Virus record (IMG/VR): IMGVR_UViG_3300021139_000135
Coordinates: 1 to 25,384 of that record
Source of the DNA: a virus
Taxonomy: Duplodnaviria > Caudoviricetes
DNA length: 25,384 nt
Strand: one strand, 5' to 3'
The position numbers and the translations under genes are program-made. Below the pieces are notes generated by a model. The model did no database searches, was not told the DNA's origin, and saw nothing but the letters and a program-made list of their open reading frames with translations. Shown here one piece after another: positions 17,169 to 24,463 of the stretch (its first letter is position 1; every line of letters starts with the position of its first letter).

Positions 17169-17918
17169 TTATCCTATAAAAAACATTGGAGGCATCTCGT
17201 ACTTAAGTTGTGCCTCTTCTTCAAGTTTTGCAATCTCCTCAACCGCTTCGTCGTAGATCTGTTGACCATTGAGTGTAACACCGCCTGGAAGCGTGATTCC
17301 CTCGAACTTCTTTAGGTTATTTCCCCAGTTACGCTTGAATAAAGCAGTGGTGTATTTCTTTAAGAAGATATCGTTATAGACAGAAGTGTACTTGTCAGGA
17401 TCGATTGATTCATATCCCTCGATGATGATGTAGTCACCTACGTTCAATTCGTATCCCCATTCCACATCGATAAAGAGTCTCTGCATGTGCCGGTTGAAGC
17501 GAACTGGAGGTGTTCCATTGAGCATCATGTCTAATAGCTCAAGGTACTGGCGAGTCATGTCATAGTTGACCAGAGCACCAGCATACTGTAGGTCGTATAT
17601 GTCGTTTAACATCATCTGATAACGAGCTGACCACATGCTGGATCCGAAAGAGTTATTGTTCACCAGAGGTAATACTCGAGACACGAAGAGTAGCTGGTCA
17701 GGAAGATCCACGTACTTATTCTGTAGATCCTGAGGTGCTATCTGGTGCTTACGGAATTGCCTCACGATGGCATCATTATGATAGTCCCTGTAAAATTGAA
17801 TCGCCTCATCGATGCGATCATCGATCTGGTCGTCGTCGAGATTGATCTCTATGACCGGCGCGCCGAGGTTTCGAAGACAATAATCGGCGAGTAACTGTCG
17901 AGAAGAGGGCTTTGACAT
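17169..17918 (-). CDS. gp13: neck protein
   Basis: 249 aa. YCLRNLGAPVIEINLDDDQIDDRIDEA, LKKYTTALFKRNWGNNLKKF, LPGGVTLNGQQIY, PPMFFIG. Confidence 0.97.
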   Translation of the reverse strand: MSKPSSRQLLADYCLRNLGAPVIEINLDDDQIDDRIDEAIQFYRDYHNDAIVRQFRKHQIAPQDLQNKYVDLPDQLLFVSRVLPLVNNNSFGSSMWSARYQMMLNDIYDLQYAGALVNYDMTRQYLELLDMMLNGTPPVRFNRHMQRLFIDVEWGYELNVGDYIIIEGYESIDPDKYTSVYNDIFLKKYTTALFKRNWGNNLKKFEGITLPGGVTLNGQQIYDEAVEEIAKLEEEAQLKYEMPPMFFIG

Positions 17919-17923
17919 ACCTC

Positions 17924-17931
17924 TATTTATA
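17924..17931 (-). promoter_or_regulatory. T4 late promoter TATAAATA (gp13)
   Basis: Exact TATAAATA, 5 nt upstream of the gp13 ATG. Confidence 0.88.
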
Positions 17932-17946
17932 AGTTTTACCTATCCG

Positions 17947-20250
17947 TCAAGAGGTAGGATTTAAGGGCTCAAGTATTGGCCTTCCATTTAAATCTGTCCA
18001 ATTCGTAGAGATAATATGTGGATCGTGTCTTTCTCCAACGACCATCCAAGAGATCGTAGCAGTTGAGGTAGGATCTTGAGCAATAATCGTAAGAGTACTG
18101 CCAGATATCGATCCCTTGACTAGAGTCCAATCAGTTTGATTTGTAAGGAATATCTGAGTGTTCTTACATAAAGCGACAAAAGTTCCAGAAGTCATACCAA
18201 TGGTTTCATCGATATCAAGAGTCGCAGTTCCTGCGATAAGATCGACTGTTCCTCGATAAAGAAGATCGCAGTATGGACCTTCGATAAATGAATGAACTAA
18301 TTGTTTTGTGGGAGCAAGAGCAGGAAGTGGGTGAGGTATTCTGAATGATCCAGATGCCTTTGAGACTGAACCATAGCACACGATGCCATTGCAATAAATT
18401 CCATTAAGATTACTATTTTGGCCGGGCCAAGAATAGAAAGCAGTGTTATTATAATCATAGTATAGCCCTGCGTACATGGAGTTTCCAGTTGCACTGATGT
18501 TACCACCACTTGCAGTCACTCCATACGTTGTGCTTACTCCTGCAAAAGTAACGAACGAATTCGTGTTAAGAGTTTGATTTGCTCCGGGACCAGAAGTACC
18601 TTGAATACCTTGTAAACCAGTTCCACCAGTAGAACCGGTATATCCCTGTGTGCCTTGAATTCCTTGATTACCATTGGTTCCATTCGTTCCGTTCGTACCT
18701 TGACGTCCTTGAATACCTTGTGAGCCAGTGCTTCCAGTATATCCTTGAATACCCTGAGAACCAGTTCCACCTGTTCCACCCGTGTATCCTTGAATTCCTT
18801 GAGAACCAGTGCCACCAGTCGAACCTGTATAACCTTGAATGCCTTGCAATCCTGTTCCACCAGTACTTCCAGTGTAACCTTGGATACCTTGAAGACCAGT
18901 TCCGCCCGTGGAACCGGTATAACCTTGAATTCCTTGAATACCTTGAGAGCCTGTGCTTCCTGTAATACCTTGAATTCCTTGGGCTCCAGTACTTCCAGTG
19001 TAGCCTTGAATACCCTGAGAACCAGTCGAACCAGTTCCACCTGTATATCCTTGAATTCCTTGGATACCTTGTGAACCATTTAGTCCATTATTTCCTGCTG
19101 TGCCTTGAATGCCTTGTATTCCTTGCAAGCCTGTTGTTCCACTGTAGCCCTGAACACCATTTGTACCATTCGTACCGGCATTACCTTGCACGCCTTGAAT
19201 ACCCTGAGATCCTGCACCAGGAGGTCCTTGTATTCCATAATAACCTTGTACGCCTTGCACACCTTGAATACCCTGTGAACCTGCGCCTGCCGGACCCTGA
19301 GTTCCATAATAGCCCTGGACGCCTTGAATACCCTGAGAGCCTTGAAGACCTGCTCCGGTCGATCCTTGAGTGCCGTAGTATCCCTGAATACCAGTGATGC
19401 CCTGAAGTCCTTGGAGACCAGTCGCACCAGTGATTCCTTGTATGCCTTGATTACCTGTGTAGCCTTGAGCACCTGAGATTCCTTGAATACCCTGAACGCC
19501 TTGAGAGCCTAGAGTTCCCTGAGAACCAGTTGCACCCTGAACACCAGGAACTGAAGTTGAACTTAGTGTTCCACTCGCAAACTGTATTCCACTTCCAAGA
19601 ATTACGTTACTGAATCCACCAGAACCATTTCCATATAAGATACTTGTTCCAGAAGTTGCAGGAGCGTAGTCGACTCCAGAGTATGCACCAGAGATTGCAG
19701 TTCCATCACCTTTTAACATTCCAGTCACAGTCGTCGTGAGTGTGATCGCTGGAGTCGTTGAGGAATTTAAAACTGTACCAGCGAATCCATTTGCAGTCGT
19801 TACAGTTACATTTGTGACTGATGCTGAGCTTGCAGTGAGTGTAGAACCAGTCAGCGTTAATCCAGTTCCAAGAGTAATGTTATTGAATCCACCTGAACCA
19901 TTGCTCGTGAGTAACTGTGAGGTCGTACCGGTCGTTGCAGGAGCGTATGAGTTTGTATCAAGTGTAAACGTACCTGCACTCGTCATCTTTAAAAAAGATG
20001 GAGAAGCATAAGTGAGACTCGCAATTGAGGATAAGTTTGAGCCTGAACCAATGTTCAGGGTGCTATTATCCGTTCCAGAAAGTGTAAGTGTATTTGTAAG
20101 CGTTAACTTCTTTGGAGTCGTTCCACCATTGATCGACCAACCAATAGGTAGAGAAGTAAGCTCAAGACCCTCAACAACTGTTGTTGCAAGAGTCGTGACT
20201 CCAAGAACAGTTAGATTACCTGTGACTGTGACATCGACTGGAGTAGACAT
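17947..20250 (-). CDS. collagen-like fibre protein with a putative C-terminal intramolecular chaperone-like domain
   Basis: 767 aa. Thr/Gly-rich beta N-terminus with a duplicated YAPATxGT...NGSGGF unit, about 320 aa of Gly-X-Y (GIQ/GSQ/GYT/GST), and C-terminal SKASGSFRIPHP...LVHSFIEGP..DLLYRG...WMVVGERHD. Confidence 0.8.
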   Translation of the reverse strand: MSTPVDVTVTGNLTVLGVTTLATTVVEGLELTSLPIGWSINGGTTPKKLTLTNTLTLSGTDNSTLNIGSGSNLSSIASLTYASPSFLKMTSAGTFTLDTNSYAPATTGTTSQLLTSNGSGGFNNITLGTGLTLTGSTLTASSASVTNVTVTTANGFAGTVLNSSTTPAITLTTTVTGMLKGDGTAISGAYSGVDYAPATSGTSILYGNGSGGFSNVILGSGIQFASGTLSSTSVPGVQGATGSQGTLGSQGVQGIQGISGAQGYTGNQGIQGITGATGLQGLQGITGIQGYYGTQGSTGAGLQGSQGIQGVQGYYGTQGPAGAGSQGIQGVQGVQGYYGIQGPPGAGSQGIQGVQGNAGTNGTNGVQGYSGTTGLQGIQGIQGTAGNNGLNGSQGIQGIQGYTGGTGSTGSQGIQGYTGSTGAQGIQGITGSTGSQGIQGIQGYTGSTGGTGLQGIQGYTGSTGGTGLQGIQGYTGSTGGTGSQGIQGYTGGTGGTGSQGIQGYTGSTGSQGIQGRQGTNGTNGTNGNQGIQGTQGYTGSTGGTGLQGIQGTSGPGANQTLNTNSFVTFAGVSTTYGVTASGGNISATGNSMYAGLYYDYNNTAFYSWPGQNSNLNGIYCNGIVCYGSVSKASGSFRIPHPLPALAPTKQLVHSFIEGPYCDLLYRGTVDLIAGTATLDIDETIGMTSGTFVALCKNTQIFLTNQTDWTLVKGSISGSTLTIIAQDPTSTATISWMVVGERHDPHIISTNWTDLNGRPILEPLNPTS
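18583..19545 (-). repeat. Gly-X-Gln/Gly-X-Thr collagen-like repeat tract
   Basis: 9-nt periodicity (ccttgaata/ccttgaatt on the plus strand) with higher-order 15-aa units IQGYTGSTGGTG(L/S)QG. Confidence 0.95.
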
Positions 20251-20253
20251 TGC

Positions 20254-20556
20254 TTACGTTGTTGTTGCAGGAGGTTTTGGCTTAGGAGCCGGAGGAGGCG
20301 GAAGTGACTGAATCGAAGTCTCTTGTGTGGACTTGAATCCAGCGTATCCAAGTATGATACCATTCGCAGTTCCAATATAGAGAGGAACTGTGGCATCGAT
20401 TCCTACGAAAGTGAGTTTTGAGATACAGATATAAACCCAGACAAAGAGCGGAGTGAAGATCAGAACTGGAACACATAAAACGACAAGTAAACGAGTATGA
20501 CTTGGTTTACCATGACCATCTGTTAAGAATCCGTGATTTTTATTCTTTTTCTTCAT
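20254..20556 (-). CDS. small membrane protein, holin-like
   Basis: 100 aa. Basic N-terminus, FLTDGHGKPSHTRL, a long hydrophobic segment (LLVVLCVPVLIFTPLFVWVYICI), a second weaker one (VPLYIGTANGIILGYAGF) and a Pro-rich tail. Holin function is inferred only. Confidence 0.55.
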   Translation of the reverse strand: MKKKNKNHGFLTDGHGKPSHTRLLVVLCVPVLIFTPLFVWVYICISKLTFVGIDATVPLYIGTANGIILGYAGFKSTQETSIQSLPPPPAPKPKPPATTT

Positions 20557-20557
20557 A

Positions 20558-20821
20558 TTATAATTTAGTAGGCCATTTATTCTTTGGGCAAAACGCTGCG
20601 ATCACTTTCACTTTCGTTGTCATAAAGCATCCGCATTGATTACAACGAGCAGAATTAGTATCGAAAAATTCACAAGCCTTACAGATATCCAATCGTATCT
20701 TTGCCATTTCTTCAGAAGCAAAGATATTTCCTGTTTGAATGGCAGTTTTAACGACATCGGTAATTGTACCTGCCATATTTCCTGCCATCTGTGGAAGAGA
20801 AGGAAATTCTGGACCGGCCAT
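20558..20821 (-). CDS. small Cys-motif (putative metal-binding) protein, DUF6171-like
   Basis: 87 aa. RLDICKAC...RCNQCGCFM..K......CPKNKW. The DUF6171 resemblance is from memory of the motif. Confidence 0.7.
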   Translation of the reverse strand: MAGPEFPSLPQMAGNMAGTITDVVKTAIQTGNIFASEEMAKIRLDICKACEFFDTNSARCNQCGCFMTTKVKVIAAFCPKNKWPTKL

Positions 20822-20830
20822 AAAATTACC

Positions 20831-21286
20831 TTACGTTCCTTGTACTCCTTGAGTACCCTGTACTCCTTGAACTCCTTGAGAAGGTGGTCTATATCCAGGA
20901 TATGCTTCAGCGTAAGATTTTTGAATCCATGAAACTGTAGGTTCATTCCAGATCCAAACATATCCTTCAACATAAGCAGGTCTTGCAACAGGAGGATCCC
21001 AATCGCAGGTATCCTCGTTTAAAACCCAGGAAGGGAATGGTTGAGGAGGAATAAAAGCATCTCGATCTGCATCATAAGTGTGAGAAGGACCTGCATAATT
21101 CTTTCGAATTGGTGTTCCTCCTGACTTATGTCTGCCCTGAAATGTATTATAAGATGTCTGAATCCAAGTTCCACCTAGGCCAAGATCATTCGCAAGGAAG
21201 TCTTGACCACGGTGTTGCTGATCGTCACCGACAACCAGCACTCGAAGTACTTTTCCAGTTGAATCAATTTCAGCGAAGTGTGCCAT
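20831..21286 (-). CDS. conserved phage fibre-associated hypothetical protein with a C-terminal QGV/QGT tail
   Basis: 151 aa. MAHFAEID...WIQTSYNT...RKNYAG..YD..RDAFIPPQPFPSW.LNE.TC.W.PP is a pattern frequent next to fibre genes of aquatic phages. Ends in QGVQGVQGTQGVQGT. Confidence 0.75.
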   Translation of the reverse strand: MAHFAEIDSTGKVLRVLVVGDDQQHRGQDFLANDLGLGGTWIQTSYNTFQGRHKSGGTPIRKNYAGPSHTYDADRDAFIPPQPFPSWVLNEDTCDWDPPVARPAYVEGYVWIWNEPTVSWIQKSYAEAYPGYRPPSQGVQGVQGTQGVQGT

Positions 21287-21313
21287 AAAATAGTTCCGAT
21301 CAGATTATTTGGA

Positions 21314-21844
21314 TTATGTTCCCTGAACGCCTTGAGTTCCCTGAGTACCTTGTACTCCCTGAGTACCTTGTACTTCCTGAACACCTTGTGCAGGAGCTGG
21401 AGCTGGAGTACTTTGCAGAGTTGCGGTAACAGGAGGATTGACCGAGTCGTCATTTCCTGATTCAGATCCTGAACCAGCACCAGTTGAAGGTACCCATGGA
21501 AGTGCTGAGTTATCAACACTCGTGATTGGGTTTGCCTTTGCATCAATCTGAGCTTGGATCTGAGAGAGTACGTGATCTTGGTATGAACCAACGACTACGC
21601 TTTCTAACCAGCTAGCAATCGTTGCTGAGGTCAGGGATGAGTAATTTGTAAAGCTTGAGACATTGATCTGTGATGGATCAAATGGAGTTGCGCCTGAAAA
21701 TGTACCAGTATTACCACTCGAGTCAGTGCCAGTCAAAGTCCATTGAACATGAACGACTGCATTTGTGAGGGTTGAACCGCTTGGGTGAGCATAACTCTGA
21801 AGATACTTCAGATTATTGATTTTCCATGAATACGTGTTTGCCAT
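21314..21844 (-). CDS. conserved phage fibre-associated hypothetical protein with a linker and QGV/QGT tail
   Basis: 176 aa. TYSWKI...VVHVQWTLTGTD..G..GTFSGATPF...F..YSSLT...I..WL, followed by a low-complexity linker and QGVQEVQGTQGVQGTQGTQGVQGT. Confidence 0.75.
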   Translation of the reverse strand: MANTYSWKINNLKYLQSYAHPSGSTLTNAVVHVQWTLTGTDSSGNTGTFSGATPFDPSQINVSSFTNYSSLTSATIASWLESVVVGSYQDHVLSQIQAQIDAKANPITSVDNSALPWVPSTGAGSGSESGNDDSVNPPVTATLQSTPAPAPAQGVQEVQGTQGVQGTQGTQGVQGT

Positions 21845-21851
21845 AATCTAC

Positions 21852-21859
21852 TATTTATT
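21852..21859 (-). promoter_or_regulatory. late promoter variant AATAAATA
   Basis: 7/8 match, 7 nt upstream of the ATG at 21844, the same geometry as the exact late promoters. Confidence 0.65.
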
Positions 21860-21893
21860 AGTTGTTAGAGTTGTTATTTTGGTTAAATTCGTG

Positions 21894-22190
21894 TTATGTC
21901 GTTGGGAGTACTTTTGCCTTATATGGATCAAAAGTAAGTGGATTTAATCCAACATTTTCGGCTATCGCCATACCAAAAGCATAATCGTCTGTCCATGAAG
22001 CAGCCTGTTCAGGAGTGACTTTCACGTCATATCTAAAGATTTGAGTTAAAGTATTATCAATAACTGAACAGTCAGCTATGCATTCATCAAAGAAATAAGA
22101 TATCCCATTAATTTGAAAATAAATGCCTACCTTATATTGATCCCCAATAGGATAACTCTCTGGCTGAATAGGTATGGTTAAAGTTGTCAT
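21894..22190 (-). CDS. hypothetical protein
   Basis: 98 aa ORF tightly packed in the minus-strand operon. No family recognised. Confidence 0.65.
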   Translation of the reverse strand: MTTLTIPIQPESYPIGDQYKVGIYFQINGISYFFDECIADCSVIDNTLTQIFRYDVKVTPEQAASWTDDYAFGMAIAENVGLNPLTFDPYKAKVLPTT

Positions 22191-22194
22191 AGTT

Positions 22195-22875
22195 TTATTC
22201 CCACTTATTTAATGGGCAATAGGCTGAAGCTAAGTTTACTTTCTTGTCCATGTAGCATCCACATTTTGTACACCGATTCTGACTCTTTTGTAGGAATTCG
22301 CAAGAGTTGCATATATCAACTCTTTTCTGAACGACATCCTTATTTGCAAGGAATTGTCTTCCTGCCATTACGTCTTTACTAGATAACCAAGCTTGCTTTA
22401 AAACATTACGTGCCATCTGATAGGCAGAAGGTAATTCTAATGTTGGATCGTCTTTTGGTTCTTGTTCTTCTTTTCTTACGATCTCCTCAGTGAGTTTTGC
22501 TTTTTCAGGGTATCGCTCGATCAACATTTCAGTAATTGGAACATTTTTCATTTTTGCCACGGCTTGATCCATAAACCCATCTAAATTAGAAATAACGTAA
22601 TTTAATTCGACATGAACTACAGGATTTCTATTTTTAGGAGCAAAAAAATACACTCTATTTAAATAGGGTACCGGAAATGGTATCTTATTAATCGGATAGC
22701 AATGAACATAGTAATCAGATTTGTATTTCTGCTGCTTGAGAGCTTCTTGAAGAAATACTTCCTTTTCTCTTACAGTTTCACAAAAATCGTCGGTCTTTAA
22801 TAAGAGCACGACAACGTTTTCAGCTTTATCGATATAGTCAAAAATCCAATCTGGATTGTCTTTTTCAATGATCAT
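22195..22875 (-). CDS. two-domain protein: possible degenerate thioredoxin-like N-terminus plus DUF6171-like Cys domain
   Basis: 226 aa. C-terminal RVDICNSC...RCTKCGCYM..K......CPLNKW is paralogous to 20558..20821. N-terminal VVVLLLKTDDFCETVRE...VPYLNRVYFF is loosely thioredoxin-like. Confidence 0.65.
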   Translation of the reverse strand: MIIEKDNPDWIFDYIDKAENVVVLLLKTDDFCETVREKEVFLQEALKQQKYKSDYYVHCYPINKIPFPVPYLNRVYFFAPKNRNPVVHVELNYVISNLDGFMDQAVAKMKNVPITEMLIERYPEKAKLTEEIVRKEEQEPKDDPTLELPSAYQMARNVLKQAWLSSKDVMAGRQFLANKDVVQKRVDICNSCEFLQKSQNRCTKCGCYMDKKVNLASAYCPLNKWE

Positions 22876-22881
22876 AATATA

Positions 22882-23268
22882 TTATGTAGTTGGAGGTAAA
22901 GTAGGAGGAGGTGGTGGCGGAGTTCCAGGAACGTAAGGAACCTTTGGTTGAGCCGCAATTTCATCAGGAGTAGGTACTGGAAAAATAGGAGAACGACCTA
23001 TTTTGCAAAAAGAAGCGATGTCGACAACAAATACTTTTATCATTGTGACAGATCCATCTGGATTAAAGGTCTTTGCAATCTTTTCACCATTTGGATAATA
23101 ATATGCAACATACACTTGATCATTATGCGTATACATGTGATCAATGATATATTGACAAGGGTATAGACCCTTTGTTCCATCGGAATTTTTCTTTACGATG
23201 TTGTTGATAAACTTATCACCAACACTGTAAGTTCTGCCTAGATAAGTTGTTGTAGTTATTTCGTCCAT
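22882..23268 (-). CDS. hypothetical protein with a poly-Pro C-terminus
   Basis: 128 aa, tightly packed in the operon. Ends in GTPPPPPPTLPPTT. Confidence 0.65.
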   Translation of the reverse strand: MDEITTTTYLGRTYSVGDKFINNIVKKNSDGTKGLYPCQYIIDHMYTHNDQVYVAYYYPNGEKIAKTFNPDGSVTMIKVFVVDIASFCKIGRSPIFPVPTPDEIAAQPKVPYVPGTPPPPPPTLPPTT

Positions 23269-23277
23269 AAAATTTTA

Positions 23278-24075
23278 TTAAACACAAAATCCGCAATCAT
23301 TGCCGCCTGGGCACCTGTCACAGGTATCACCAACACCACATCCCCAAATGTCAGCTGAATTACAGTCAGAACCGGCCCACAAGTTTACTCCACCTACACA
23401 TCCACAGCATGCGCCTCCATGAACGTCGAAGCATCCACCTGTTGTAGTGCAACCAACACAAGATTGTAAATTGCCGGCGCTATCGTCATCTTCCTGGTGT
23501 CCGCATGGTCCGTCAACGCAGATATAAGAATCCCCATCTGAGTGCTCGGAAATATAAAGCTGTATCTCTCCATAACCGCAAACCGCTGAATTGTATGCCT
23601 CATCTACAGTATAAGTTCCGCAAGATCCATTTGCAAATACTTCTTGTAATGTATAGCCATTGCATTGCTGACCTAGATCGGTTCCATAAGCTAAACAAGT
23701 GGTACCACTTGCAGTTCCACTAGTAAAAGGAGCATAAGTTCCGCCTACATTATACGCCACTTTAAACGTGTAAGTAGTATTTGCTGATAATCCACCGATT
23801 GAAATAGAAGTGGCTCCGGCATTTGCCGTTGCTACGATAGAGCCATTTGCATTATTAATAACGTATATTTGAAATACCGTATTTGTATTGCTCCAGGTGA
23901 CGGATAAAGTACTAGAATTTACAGCATTGACGCCAGTGATATTTGGAGCAGTTGTAGGCGATGGCCATTTTGATTGTAGCTTATTATAAAGTACGTCAAC
24001 CGACGCAAATATGCCACTTGCGGCTGAGGCCGCAATTGAAACTACTTTACCTACTCTTGATCCGTTGTATCTCAT
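23278..24075 (-). CDS. fibronectin type III-like domain protein with a Cys-rich C-terminus
   Basis: 265 aa. PNITGVNAVNSSTLSVTWS...ISIGGLSANTTYTFKVAY is Fn3-like. There are 18 Cys in the last ~140 aa. Confidence 0.75.
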   Translation of the reverse strand: MRYNGSRVGKVVSIAASAASGIFASVDVLYNKLQSKWPSPTTAPNITGVNAVNSSTLSVTWSNTNTVFQIYVINNANGSIVATANAGATSISIGGLSANTTYTFKVAYNVGGTYAPFTSGTASGTTCLAYGTDLGQQCNGYTLQEVFANGSCGTYTVDEAYNSAVCGYGEIQLYISEHSDGDSYICVDGPCGHQEDDDSAGNLQSCVGCTTTGGCFDVHGGACCGCVGGVNLWAGSDCNSADIWGCGVGDTCDRCPGGNDCGFCV

Positions 24076-24086
24076 TTGTAATAATA

Positions 24087-24440
24087 TTAGGAAATATCGT
24101 CGTATGATAGAATAACGTCTAAACTATTTGCAGCTGAAGCTAGAACTTGAACGTAATCTGCTTCGTTTAAATAGATAGGAGAATCTTTACCGATAATTAC
24201 GAGTGAAGAATTGCCTGGTACAACCATCTGATACGCAAGGTATGTAGTACTTGAGGAACGAATGACTTGACAAGTAATCGATATGTTACCGGCGGTGCGA
24301 TTCGCAACATATATCGTGTTTATCTTATAAACGTGATTTGATGCACAAGTTACGAGGGTTTGAGCAGAAGTCGATACGTTTGGCTGTTGAACCGATGTGC
24401 CATTGATCGTTGTGACATTGACTATATTTGGTGTTGCCAT
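24087..24440 (-). CDS. small beta-rich phage protein, probably a fibre-associated structural protein
   Basis: 117 aa. MATPNIVNVTTI...KINTIYVAN...VPGNSSLVIIGKDSPIYLNE.D...SY, a pattern common directly after fibre genes in aquatic phages. Confidence 0.7.
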   Translation of the reverse strand: MATPNIVNVTTINGTSVQQPNVSTSAQTLVTCASNHVYKINTIYVANRTAGNISITCQVIRSSSTTYLAYQMVVPGNSSLVIIGKDSPIYLNEADYVQVLASAANSLDVILSYDDIS

Positions 24441-24448
24441 AAAATTTT

Positions 24449-24456
24449 AATTTATA
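24449..24456 (-). promoter_or_regulatory. possible late promoter variant TATAAATT
   Basis: 7/8 match, 8 nt upstream of the ATG at 24440. Confidence 0.4.
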
Positions 24457-24463
24457 CTTCTCT

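Noticed and set aside
17919-17923. GAGGT as a Shine-Dalgarno site for gp13
   Set aside because: It directly abuts the ATG with no spacer and lies between the late promoter and the expected start site.
18583-19545. CRISPR array or DGR template/variable repeat in the repetitive tract
   Set aside because: The repeats are in-frame coding triplets without unique spacers, the differences are synonymous rather than adenine-specific, and there is no reverse transcriptase in the window.
18297-21591. Long alternative-frame ORFs with KVFK/EFKV/LEYL repeats as overprinted genes or frameshift products
   Set aside because: Expected by-products of CAA-GGx collagen codons, which lack stops in other frames. 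I noticed no slippery site or start signals.
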